DNA of 64,000 bases. Source: Hemiscyllium ocellatum (Eukaryota). Both the position numbers and the translations under genes were made by a program. How positions within the stretch are numbered: the stretch's first letter is position 1; each line of letters opens with the position of its first letter. The notes beneath the pieces are model-generated. The model saw only the letters and a list, made by a program, of their open reading frames with translations, made no database searches and had not been told where the DNA came from. Shown one piece after another: positions 46,526 to 58,907 of the stretch. The stretch spans positions 124,001 to 188,000 of the forward strand of contig NW_026867476.1 of assembly GCF_020745735.1 (NCBI RefSeq). Reading direction: 5' to 3'.

Positions 46526-47080
46526 GTCGCTATAGCTACACTCTGTAAATGCTGCGGCGTGACCACCTCGCAGTGCCACCGCTCCCCTACGACTTTACTT
46601 TGAATCTCGTTAAAAATCACTGTACAATGCACATCAGACTAGGGTGGCAACGCCAAAGGCAGTAAACCTAAAGCCTCTTTCCTCCATTATTTCCAAGTTT
46701 CCCAAATATAACCATCTCTGTCGTCGATACAACAGCCTTTCTGGTTTCCTGCAACATCAACTGAGAATTCGCTATACCTACAGCAAATCCCTTTTGCGTA
46801 CACTTCAATTTTAGTTCTCACTTCAAAAAGGCGTCCCAACCCAGCAAATCAATTGGTGTCACCTCAGGGACTAATACAGACATGACGACTGATTTGTAAA
46901 CTTACTGGAGCTGTAAACCTTGTCAACTGCAGTTTTTGCAATGACCCTATAGTCCCACCAAACTTTCCTGATATGGAAAGGCGGGGGGCAGATTGCGGTT
47001 GAACACAAGTATAAATTGCTCCAGTACCAATCATCATAGGAATAAACTGTCCTTTCAACCTAACCTGCACGATAAAGTTC
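46526..47080 (-). pseudogene. pro: ERV protease plus N-terminal part of the post-protease (2H-phosphoesterase-like) domain
   Basis: VQVRLKGQFIPMMIGTGAIYTCV (DTG changed to GTG), PIDLLGWDAF; VHCT motif at 46621-46629. Confidence 0.7.
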
Positions 47081-47249
47081 TAGTTCAGCCTCCCGTATAA
47101 TAATAGAGTATTGCCCCTTATCACTTGGGTTCTCTGTGCACCCCTAGCACATCCTGTACAGATTAACATGCCTATTGGGCCTGTAGCGATTTTGTGGGGA
47201 GACAGTCGGTCATTCCTGAACCATAGGTCTACCCTGGGGCCGGGAGGTC

Positions 47250-48420
47250 CAATAAAGGCAAGTCCTTCCAAAATGACCAGGTTGAGAATACTCCAAACAC
47301 ACTATTTCTGATCCTCCCTAAGTCTGACCTCTCACCATACCTTTTGGCCACTCACCTCTTTGCCTCTGTCCTGGGGGACCTCAGTTCCGTCGAGACTGTT
47401 AGTTAATTTTATATTGCCCTTACTATGATATCCGTGTAAAAGTTCCTCCAAAAACATGTATAATCGGCTTTGGGTTGTCTGGCTCTTGCCAGGCGACGAT
47501 AACGGGTTTCCCTCGACAAGCATGTTGTTCATTTCATCGGCGCTGAACATCCCAGTTGTCACTGGCAACAGAATCTAACTTTTTTCTCAGTGTCTTTTCA
47601 AGTTCCTCGAGCTGTGTTTGCATCAAATTTCTTATCATATCCTCCTGCTTTCAGAGAGCTTCTTTTTGTCTTTGTGGTACCTTTCGACGGCACGGAAGAT
47701 GTGATCTCTGAATTCCTGACGGGCCTTGGACATCAGAGACACTACGTCCTCTAGCTTAGAATTGAATTGAGGGGGAATTGCCTCAAAAATACCAGTCTGA
47801 AACATAATAATCAACAGCTGACTAACTTCCACATCGTGTTCTGTATCAAACTTCTAACTTTTCAACTGGTTTTCCAAATAGGCGCCTATTATCCAGTGTC
47901 TCCCAATGGATCCTTTCTCAAAGCATTGGGATCGATCTTAGGCGAGTCCAAGGGCCTTCCATTCCCTTTGTCTTACTCGATCAAACCCAGCACCATCAAT
48001 CATCGGATTGTCCACAACATTTTTCAAGTAGGCTCAGTCAATTATCTTTCTTAAGTTGGGGGTCCCACCACCCGTATTGGCAGGACCTTCAAATCCCCCA
48101 TAGCCAACAACTGTCATGCGATGTATTCTTCAAAGGCTCTAATCAACTTTCCTACTCCATCATGCAAATTTGGCAGCACATTTATCAGCCTTTCCAGATC
48201 CTGGGTTCCCCAAGGAATGTTTTGCAGCTGTCTCCCTCCTTTTATAAGCAACGGCAGCAGCTTCCCCTCTTGGAACTTCTTGCCCACACTAAACTTGCTA
48301 CTTTGTGATTCCGCATCAGACTCCAAATCTCACCTTATTTGTATTTCCTCACTCTACCACTCGCAATCGTCCCTTACTCATCCATCGGTTCTTAAGATTC
48401 TTCAGTTTCAACTAATTAAT
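47250..48420 (-). pseudogene. gag: ERV gag remnant (epsilon/fish-retrovirus-like), 5' truncated
   Basis: IPWGTQDLERLINVLPNLHDGVGKLIRAFEE..LLAMGDLK; IFEAIPPQFNSKLEDVV..FRDHIFRAVERY; zinc knuckle CLEYSQPGHFGRTC at 47258-47299 (second Cys lost). Confidence 0.8.
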
Positions 48421-48809
48421 AAAAACAATTTATTCTAATTCGTTTTGCCTAAATTATTCCAGGACTGCATCTGCAGAATGCACTCATCATTGATGGTTTC
48501 TTGAAAGAACATGATAAACACCCAGTGCTGATCTCAAACGTCGAACATGACATTCATGGTCCTGCACTGATAGTGAACAGCCTGAAGTTGTGACACCGCA
48601 TGTCTCAATGACAAGCCCTAACGAACGGTTGACGTCTTTGCTGCTGGAGTGCAATGGTCAACAGAGTGCATGCGCACTAATCCTGAATGCGGAAAAGAAA
48701 GCTGTGAGTAGCTCTTCAAAATTCACAGGGATGGAGTTGGTAAAATCGTTTAGCAGGGGATTTATCCACGGGCAATTTAAACCAAGAGGAAAAGTGAAGT
48801 AAGGCTGGA

Positions 48810-48970
48810 ATTGCGAAGTAACGCATGTCTGGCAGCATCTTTGGAGGCAAATCAGCGTTTCGTTTCCAATAATGCATAAGAGTGGTTGAACTTGAAATGT
48901 TAATTGTAATTTACTCTACTAAGGTACTGCTGGACCTGTTAAGCTACTCGTTCGTTTCAGATCTCCAGTC
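48810..48970. mobile_element. Old fold-back element of the hammerhead-bearing family, centre eroded
   Basis: gtctggcagcatc..cagcgtttcg / cttgaaatgttaa..ctgctggacctg arms. Confidence 0.45.
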
Positions 48971-49674
48971 TTTGCATTGTTGTACATTTATTCGAGAGAA
49001 TATTCACTCCTGCACGTCCATTCTGATCTGGTGTTGAAGGCTTTAATTACGTTTTATTTCTGCAGTGCATTTGAAACAGATACTTGGTAGCTGTGAAACT
49101 GAGCTCATCTGTCTCATCAAAATCTGACGTAGTCATTAAAGTCATCAAGATCTGAACATCATGTATTTTGAAGTTGGAACACCAACGTTTGTTCCTTCCG
49201 CCTACAGGCAAAGAATGCAGCAAAGAATCAGAGTCATTAGGAGATAAACAAACTTCAATGGGTACAAATGTATCGGAGCCAGATAAATTGCAATCAAAAT
49301 CACGGGTGAACATTGAACTGCTTTCAAGCAGAAGTATTTCCGACACGATTAAGGTTTATTCCCATCAACGGTGCAGACAGTGGTCGCAAAACCAATGCCA
49401 TTTTGAAGACAACATGCAAAAGCAAAATTAAGATTCTCAGGGGAAAAGCACTTGTGACAAATATGAGGTTGATAGTTCAATGACAACCGGGAATAAGTGA
49501 ATAAATAAATGTCAGACCAGACATTGAAAAGATGACCGAGGCTCAGATAGATTTGAAGCAAATCTCTTCAATAATCATTTCACCAATAAATGTGCAATTA
49601 AAAGAACACGTATTGAGTGTAAAGAAGACTTCAAAAGATCATCCAGACTCGAGAGATTCAATTTCACCTACGCA

Positions 49675-50200
49675 ATGGATTGTGGGAAAGAGTTCAGATA
49701 CCCATATGAGTTAAAAATTCATCGACACAGTTACACTAATTAGAAGCCATTGATTTGTTCGAAGTATGGAAAGGAATTCATCGGGCCATCACGTATGCTC
49801 TTACATCACTGCATTCACACTAATAGAAAAGAGACCTTTTAAATGTCCAAACTGCCAGAAATTCGAAAGTCACTCTGGTAAACGTATTCTTCATCAACGT
49901 GTTCATAACGATGATAGATTGTTCTTCTCATCTCACGATAGTAGTAGGTTCAAGAGATCGCCGCAACTCACTGTACATCCGCGAATTCAGGTCCCGCGAC
50001 GCCATTCTCCCGCCATGAGTGGGAAAATATTTACCACATCATCCTTACATCTAACTCAACAACGATTCGTCTTCTAAGTACAACGCACTCCTCTTTTGAG
50101 TGGGGGAAGTGATTTACTAATTTATCTGAGCTGCTGATACACACCGGCGTCTTCACACAGAACGACGCTGTTCATCAGCGCTGAATATGGGGAAACAAAG
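49675..50200 (+). pseudogene. Ancient C2H2 zinc-finger pseudogene (~6 degenerate fingers)
   Basis: DCGKEFRYPYELKIHRHSYT*KPLICSKYGK..; EKRPFKCPNCQKF..LHQRVH; AT-rich decay. Confidence 0.72.
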
Positions 50201-51849
50201 TCATTGTAATCCAATCAGGTCATACAGCAACAAAATCACAAATGCGATCTCATTCATATTTTACAACACATTCTTGCAGGTCTTGGGGTAGATAATGAAT
50301 CAAAACATTTTGCAAAATACCTTAACAAGTCTATTTTCGATTAGTCACTGAGAAAGTGACCATACAGACATCCAAACTGTCAGAAAAATCACGCAGTTTC
50401 TAGTCGTGGAGACCACGATTCCCAAGGGCGTCATGAGAAAGAGCTTTCCACTGATCTGATTTGATTTGGTTTGATTTGTTTTTGTACTGGAGGCATCGAT
50501 GACCTGCTGGTATATTTTAATGGTAGTTGGTTCTGGTGGAATTGAGGGGCAAATCATTAACCAGCGACCTATCAGTGCCTCAAAGTTTGGCAGAGTAGAA
50601 AATAAAAAAAAATTAAGAAAAGTTGAGAAGTTCACTTACAATGTCCACAAATGTCGACAATGTCAGTGATTCTGAAAATAATTGCATTTGTTTTAACTTA
50701 CTTTACATAATGTATTAATGTCTTCCCGAAACTATAAAGGTTTTGGAGTTGGATGCCACACAACAGTTTAAGATTCACATCGTCATTTTGGTCTAGGGTT
50801 AGAACTCCTCCTGTCAGTGTAATCTCCTGCAGAAGCAAACCCTTTCAAAACGTCTTCACTCATCTCATTCATGTCTGTTGTGCATTCTTGATTTCACTTG
50901 CTTCATGACTGGAGACCATCTTTTTCAGTTGCACATGACAGAAGCTCTAAAATTTCCACCATCAATTATTCCGATTCTATAAATCCCTTTGCTCCTTAAA
51001 TACACGACTGAACCAATTCCTTCATGATCAATCTATCTGTCATATGTTCTAGTACTACCTAGTCAAAACAAACAAAACATTGTGGAACTGCAGATCTGAT
51101 ACAAAAACAGAAAGTGCTGTAGAAGCTCAGCTTGTCTGGCAGTATCTGTGAAAGAGAAACATTTCTTATTCAAAATTACTGTTCTCCAGTACGGACAAGA
51201 CGTGGAAAATTGCTGGAGTTTAGAATTAGAGAAGGGTGTGCAATCAGTTTTTCCACAGTGTGAACTTGATGATGCTTCAACAGGGTGGATGACTGAGAAA
51301 ATCACTTCCACAGTTCCAACAAGTGAAATGCGTATTCTCTGTTTGCTACCAGCAATGTGTTTTCTGAACAGAATGGCAATTGAGCCGGTCGCTACATACT
51401 GCAGTATATCCTCCACGTTAGGAATGCCGTTCAGAATAGAACATTCATTCCTGTCTGTTCCGCTGGATCAGATGTTTGGCGTCAGCTTTGTCCATCCAAG
51501 CAACACAGTTACAGTTTCTCTGCACTGTAAATAAGGCTTTTTCATTCAATCTTCCAAAACAGATAATATTCAATTAATGATCAATTCAACGACTTCACCC
51601 GGTTCTGATAAAATGGATTGTTCAATTTTCCATCCATCCGTCAATTTTCCTCTCCTTTCCATTGCCTGTGAAATTGATACTTAATGGAAAAGAGTCAGAG
51701 AGAGAACATTCAAAAGCACAAAGGGAGGTTGTGAAATTGATTTGAACGGACCTGATAAATTCTTGGGAAATTTCCCAGAAAATTTGAGTAAGAACAGCCG
51801 TTGGATTGTCATTGATTCATGACTTCTTATCTCATAATCTTCACAATAA

Positions 51850-52300
51850 TCTGGCCTCTATTGAAGGAGATACGGGCAGGGAAGGTAGAAGGACAAGAAG
51901 TGGGCTCCTATGTTCCTACTGGAATGTTGATATAATCTCTCGAACCATCCACCTCCGTCAACCGGAAGAAACAGGGCAGAAGATCTCACACTTTCCGCTT
52001 CAAATCACCCAATGTCCTGTCTTGTGTAGCATCCTGTACTGGAGGTATCGATTACCAGTCATATCAAGTAGTTCTTTCCAGCACGGAAAGAATGTCTTCG
52101 GCCCAGAATCAATGCATCAGCTTGAGTGCCTCTACTCAAGAACTGGATCCAAAGCCTCTCTGTGAGACGGAACACCTTCATTACTTGGTCATGTTTGTAA
52201 GATTCAAACAAAGTGCAGTGGTATTCGGATAAAACTACAGCCTGGTTCCAGCAAAGAAAGGATGCCTTCAACCACTCCTCTGTCCGTGTTACATTCCCAT
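51850..52300 (+). mobile_element. Possible very old Penelope GIY-YIG fragment
   Basis: Weak: CPVLCSILYW.. and gagacggaacaccttcatt resemble PLE EN C..C..LYIG and EEQHLIF segments. Confidence 0.3.
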
Positions 52301-54310
52301 TCTTTACACTTCACTCTTCAATTTATACTGCCTCACGTCGTTCTTCAACAAACATATTGTTACAGAATTTTGACACCAGGGATAATAAAATGAAACCAGA
52401 ACCTCTTAGCTCTGTAATAAAAGCTCTGACAAAGTACAGTGACCTGATCCAGTAAACGGATAATACAGCCACTTAGTTCCAGCTCTATTGTAACAATCTG
52501 TGTCTTTGGACTTACATTGGTACAGCTTATTGCATTCAATCAGTGATCTGGTCTCAATCAATAACAACTTGAAGACTGAGCTTTCACGTAACAAAATGGC
52601 TCGGAGTTTCACAGGTACTTCAGGCCATACTAAATGACATGACGAAAATCTTGGCCAAAGTGATCAGTTGGAATGAGTGTTTGCAAGTAGGACAATGAAA
52701 GAAAACGTTTTCAAATATTTCAGGAGAGAATTCCAGATTTAATGATCCAAACAGTTCAAGGCATGGTCAGCAACAGTAGGATATTCAAAATCACTGACGG
52801 AGTTTCCGGAAACGGTGTTTCTATGCACGTGGGCACATAGCCCAAAATATGCGGATACTGGCGATCTGAACTAATGACATTCAAGTTTTAGAGAAATTCA
52901 TCAGGTCTGGCAGCAACTATAGATCACGTTGCAAAAGTCAATCCTTTGAATCGGAACATAAAATATTACTGTCTCTGTGAATGCTGCCAACCCTAATGAG
53001 TTTCTCAAACACTTCCTCTTTTAATAAAAGTCTTATACTATTCTTGTTCATTGACGTGTTATAAACTGAGTGCCACCCTGTGTAGTGAGTAGGTATTCAC
53101 TTTAACAGACTTAAACTCCTCTGAATCTCAATGTTACACTCAGAACAGGTTTTAGTAGAGGTTTGAGGGGAAAACAAACAAAAAGCATCAACACTTAAAC
53201 CTGGAAAGAACAGAAATGATGGCAGTCACAACAGATCACACATCATCAGTTTTTGGAGAAGTCTGAGATGAAATTCCTTTAGAATGGTCACCTCCCACCA
53301 CGAGCACTAAACCCTGGTCCAGAGAGGGAGAGTAATGAGGCTTCGTCAGATTAATTATTGGAACAGTCGGATTGTACCGACGTGAAGCTCAGACAGCATT
53401 CTCCACAGTTCAGAAGAATGCGTGGTAATCTTGTTAAAACTTGGGACATCTTTCTGAGTTAAATTTGAACAGCAGTCACAAAGGACTGTTGCAGAAACTG
53501 CCTGTTTAAGTTTCTGAGAATGTTTGTTCGTCTTGTAAATTATCTATGTTCAACATAACTTTCTCACTGGATGATATCATTTTGTATTCCGAGCCTTAAT
53601 TGCAAGACCGAGTGAAGCCATAAGGTTTCAGGTTTAGTTTTCCTGATCAGATGTTTCACCTGGGTCCCACTGAGGTGTTCAGTATTAAATCATCTCCAGA
53701 AATGTTGAATTAACATGAGATCGGGGCGAGGCAGGGAGTTATAAGAAAGTGATGCTGGGAACGATCGAGTAGTGAATATTGTTCTTGGTTTCTCCCAGCA
53801 TCATCGCTCGATATTCTTTGCTCAACACACAAGACTAAATAAAAACACAGACTGAGTACCCAGCTAATTGACGCGTGGCCAGGAAGGGCTGCAGTGATCA
53901 CTGGCAGAAAATGTCCCTACCATCATCCCCACACCACCCCTTGGGCTTTGAGCGAACATGGGAGGTGATTACTACGTCGCTTACAGAGCTGGTGAAGTGA
54001 CGTAAAACTATAGGCTACCTCTTCAAACCTGTCTCAAGTACAGAGATCTTGAAGTAGCTCGGCCGATCAAATACATCATGGACACTGCAGCTAGCAAATC
54101 GACTCCATCAATCTGAATAACTTCCGTCCAGGTCCCCATACAGGCTTCTGGAGTAATCTTCCCTTTCCCATCATCAAACTACCAGATCCAAACACAGGAA
54201 CGCGGGTACACTTCTTCGTTTGATCCTCTGTGTCTGTTTACCTTGTGAGTATCGATCGCAGAAACCAACTTTGCGTGAAATCAAAACTTCACTGCTGTCG
54301 ATTTCGCCCG

Positions 54311-54845
54311 CATTCCAGCAGAGTCTGCAATTTTAACCATGTTGTGTGTATCAGTTCTAAAGTCCACTCACTTCCCTCTGTTTAAATTCCAGGTTATTTC
54401 AGTCAGTCCGTGACACAGAGCCTAGTAGTGGTGAATAGGAAGGAGTGCCAGTCTCTCACCATCAACTGTGTTTTTAAAAATCATAATTCTTGTCATTACT
54501 TTGAGAGTGAACAATTCTTTCGTCAAACGCAGGCAGCGCAGGGAATGCGAGCGGACAACAAGCGATGGAAGATGTGTTGTGTTCAGTCATTCCAGCAGAA
54601 TCTGCAATTTTAACCATGTTGTGTTAATGTCCTAATGTCCGCTCACTTCTCTCTGTTTAAATTTCAGTCAGTCCGTGACACAGAGCCTAGTAGTGGTCAA
54701 CAGGAAGGAGTGCCAGTCTCTCACCATCAACTGTGTTTTGAAAGTCATAATTCTTATCACTATTTTGAGAGTGAATAATTCTTTAGTCAAACGCAGGCAG
54801 CGACGGAATGGAAGCGGATCACAAGCGGTGGGAGATGTGTTGTGC
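54311..54845. repeat. Tandem duplication of a ~277-bp unique segment
   Basis: Copies 54311-54587 and 54588-54845, both starting cattccagcaga(g/a)tctgcaattttaaccatg, with scattered substitutions and indels. Confidence 0.95.
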
Positions 54846-56484
54846 CCCTGAATAAAGCAAAAAATACATTTTCGTTGTAAATTTGGGATATCAGAGCTGA
54901 AGACACCTCCACCGATTACTGTAATGCTCGATACTGGTCCGGTATATACATTGATGGGCCTCGGCTTCCCGTCGCTCCAAGACTCTGACGGGAGACTATT
55001 ATAGAAAGAAATTGAAAACGGAGGCAATCTATCCAGAAATTCCCACATTGCTGCCTCGCAGCTTCTGTCCCAACGTCTGAGTCATTTTAAAAAAACATTC
55101 TGTGTTTCACAGATGCCAAGTGTGTTCGAATGGTGATCCCGCTGTCAAGACTTGTGTGGATGAATGGAACTGATCACAGTTAAAGGATACTGACGTGGGT
55201 GGATATCCTGTTCTAACAACTGGAATTGGGAATTTCAGTTCAGCTGTAATGTCCCAAATCTCAACTAGTCTTGGGAAGTTTTACACAGATTTATGGCACT
55301 GTGCCAATTTGGAAGAAAGCACAGTGAAAGGAGCCCGAACAAATAACTCTGCACAATTAAAATATAAATTCGCCAGCACCAATATCGATTGTTAGCTTGA
55401 AGTTCACTTCGCTGTAATGTCGGCTGATACCTTAACACTCCCTTGCAAGCACATATTTCTTTTTTCGATTCTTCTCATCTGATATGATGTGAACATCCAC
55501 CTTCTGTATTCCAGTGCCATTTGACAGAAGATCAGGTGACCTGAGACAAAGGAAACTTGACCACAGAGAATATTGCCTATCTATCCAAATCTCATGAAAC
55601 AATAGTTTGGTCAAGCATCGTGTTAATGATTTTTCGATCGTTTGAGGTACAACTGGTCCTTGTATATTGGAGGCTGAGAGGAGCATGATTGTGTCATTAT
55701 GATTAAGTAGATGGATCAGGAATGGCCGTGACTGTCACAGCTGGTAAGTGACTCTGCATTCCATCTTGCTCTGATTTATGTTGCTGAACGATCGATTTAT
55801 TGTTATTATCAAAGTAACTAAAGCAAATACTTTAGAAGGAACGGATTCTGTTACAGTGTCCAAGTTGAGAGCAGAATATTCGAGTCAGGTCCTGATTTCC
55901 ACAAGCAAAAGAATGAATGACACCTGGCCCTAGGTCGGTGGTTTCACTGCACCTCGGGCATCTCTGGTCTAACAGGTCAATAGAGGGTGACCATCAATAT
56001 GGCGAGCAGGTGCTTAAATGAATGATGAGTACCGACCGTCTGGACTCCATTCCCGGAGTTATCTGTGATCGATGTTGCTCCTTCTGTTGCTTAGATCACA
56101 AGAGAAGGCTCACTGAGCTTTGTACCAGGCAGAACGTCAATCCCAAATTCGAAAAGTTCAACAAAAAACATTGTCCCACCAGAAAATCAGAAGATTATTC
56201 AACGAATTTCAGATACAAGAGACCTGGGTGTAAGTCAAGATGAAGACGTATATTTGAAGAATCGTTGTCAGGAATGATCGACTTGCTATTTATTTTCAGT
56301 TCATTTCATATGTGCATTCATCTAACCAATCAAGTTCCCATTTTTCCAGCCTCAGGAATGCATGTGAAACTAGAAAGAATGTTTGCTTATTTAATTTGGT
56401 CTTTTGAGACATCGGTTTGCTGTAAACCAAATCTTAAACAAGGAATAAAGCGGGATAAAAGGGTTATGAAATAGCTTTAGCAAG

Positions 56485-58310
56485 CAGAATTAATGAGAAT
56501 GCCAAAGTGCTTTGTTCTTATATAAGAAGCAAGCGAGTAACTAGGGAAAGGATTGGTCCACTAAAGGATAATGAAGTAAGGCTGTGTGCCGAACCTGAGA
56601 GAATGGCTGAGATTCTGAATGGTTACTTTGCATCAGTGTTCACTGAGGAGAGGAACATGATGCGTCTTGAGATTAGAGATAATTTTTTTATTAGTCTGGA
56701 TCACGTTGACATAAGCAGGGAAGATGTGTTGGGTCAGCGAGAGGTTATCAAAGTAGACAAATCCCTAGCACTGGATGGGATCTATCGCAGGTTGCTGAGG
56801 GAGGCGAGAGAGGAAATAGCTGGGGACCTGACATATATCTTTGTGGCATCCTGAAATACAAGTGAGGTACTGGAGGACTGGAAGGTTGATCATGCTGTCC
56901 CCTTGTACAAGAAGGGTAGTTGGGATATTCTGGTTAACTACAGACCAATGAGCCTGACGTTGGTGGTGGGAAAGTTGCTGCAGAGGATAGTGAAGGATAG
57001 GATCTATTTATATTTAGAAAAGAATGGGCTAATCAGTGACAGGCAACGGGGTTTTGTGCGGGGAGATCGTGCATTACCAAATTAATAGAGTTCTTCGAGG
57101 AAGTGAACAAGTTGATGGATGAACGAACGGCTGTTCATGTCATATACATGGACTTTATTAAGGCGTTTGATAGGGTACGCCATGGTAAACTAATAGAGAA
57201 AGTGAAGTCACATGGTGTGCATGTGCTCTCGCTAGTTGGATAAAGAACTGGTTGAGCAAAAGGAGACAGAGAGTAGTCGTTGAAGGGAGTTTCTCGAAAT
57301 GTAGAAAGCTGACCAATGGAGTTCCACAGGGGTCAGTGTTGAGGTCACTGTTGTTTGTGATGTACATAAATGATCTGGAAGAGGGCACTGTTGGCATGAT
57401 CAACAAACTTGCAGATGACACGACGATTTCAGAAGTAGCAGAAAGCATAAGGGACTGTCAGAGAATACAGGGGGATACAGATAGGCTGGAGAGTTGGGCG
57501 GAAAGGTGGCAGATGGTGTTCAATGCAAATAAATGTGAGGCGATGAATTTAGGCAAGACTAATTCTCGAGCGAATTCTACAATGAATGGAAGAGCCTTGG
57601 GAAAAGTTGATGAGCAGAGAGATCTGGGAGTGCAGGTCCATTGTACCCTGAAGGTTGCTGCACATGTGGGTAGGGTGGTCAAGAAGGCATATAGTATTTT
57701 TGCCTTCATTGGACGGGATATTGAGTATAAGAGCTGGCAAGTCATGTTAAAATTGTATAAGATATTGGTTCGGCCGCATTTACAATACTGTGTACAATTC
57801 TGGTCTACACATTAGAAAAGAATGTGGACGCTTTGGCGAGGTTGCAGAGATGGTTTACGAGGATGTTGCCTGGTATGCAAAGTGCTAGCAATGAAGAGAG
57901 GTTAGGTTTATTTTCATTAGAAAAAAAAAAGATTGAGGGGGGACCTGATAGAGGATTACAAAATCATGAAGGGTATAGACAGGGTGGATAGAGACAAGCG
58001 TTTTCCCAGGCTGAAGGATTCAATAACGAGAGGTCACGCGTTCAAGGTGAGAGGTGGAAAGTTTAAGGGGGTTACACGCGGCAAGTACTTCACATAAAGG
58101 GTGGTGGGTTTCTGGTACGCGTTGCCAGCAGAAGTAGTAGAGGCAGGCACGGCATATTCATTTAAGATGCGACTGGACAGATGCGTGAGTAGGTGGGGAG
58201 CAAAGGGATACAGATTTTCAGGAATTGACCTTCAGGTTTGGGCAGTACATTTTGAGAGGCTGAGGCTTGAAGGGCGGAAAGACCTGTTTCTAAGCTGTAA
58301 ATTTTCTTTG
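56485..58310 (+). mobile_element. CR1 LINE, ~1.8 kb ORF2 remnant plus 3' UTR, inactive
   Basis: SYIRSKRVTRERIGPLKD, NYRPMSLT.VVGKLL, GVPQGSVL..YINDL, KLADDTTI; stops and frameshifts. Confidence 0.95.
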
Positions 58311-58604
58311 TTCTTGGATTATTTGTCTTCATAGACTGTCTCCTCAACTGACAGCGCAGCAGTTGTCTCACGAGCTCTGCCTGCCAGTTTGGTCTGAAAA
58401 AGCATTACCCATAAAAGCTGGGACCACTCCATCTGCCTAGCCAATTATTCCAATGGAATAAAGAACGCGTCAACATCATTCTCATCAAAGGGTTTTGATA
58501 TGCTGATAACACATTAAAACATCACTGTTGAATCAGTTTCCAAGACATGTTTTGGCACATCATAAGAAGAAAATATGTAAAACAAAACGTCACCTCATCA
58601 CCTC

Positions 58605-58907
58605 GTTAGATTAGATTTAGATTAGACTTACAGTGTGGAAACAGGCCCTTCGGCCCAACAAGTCCACACCGACCCGCCGAAGCGCAACCCACCCATACCC
58701 CTACATTTACCCCTTACCTAACTCTACGGGCAATTTAGCATGGCCAATTCAACTGACCCGCACATCTTTGGACTGTGGGAGGAAACCGGAGCACCTGGAG
58801 GAAACCCACGCTGACACGGGGAGAACGTGCAAACTCCACACAGTCAGTGGCCTGAGTCGGGAATTGAACCCAGGTCTCTGGCGCTGTGAGGCAGCAGTGC
58901 TAACCAC
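58605..58907 (-). mobile_element. Near-complete HE1-type V-SINE with a single (unexpanded) internal unit
   Basis: (gatta)n tail, one gggcaatttagcatggccaattcaactgacccgcacatc unit, intact V-domain, B-box (plus strand ggaattgaaccc), A-box end gcagcagtgctaaccac. Confidence 0.95.

Noticed and set aside
55685-55750. A second GPCR first exon (CTG|GTAAGT donor)
   Set aside because: The upstream frame has stops and no TM1-like sequence. It could at most be a non-coding exon, and there is no support.
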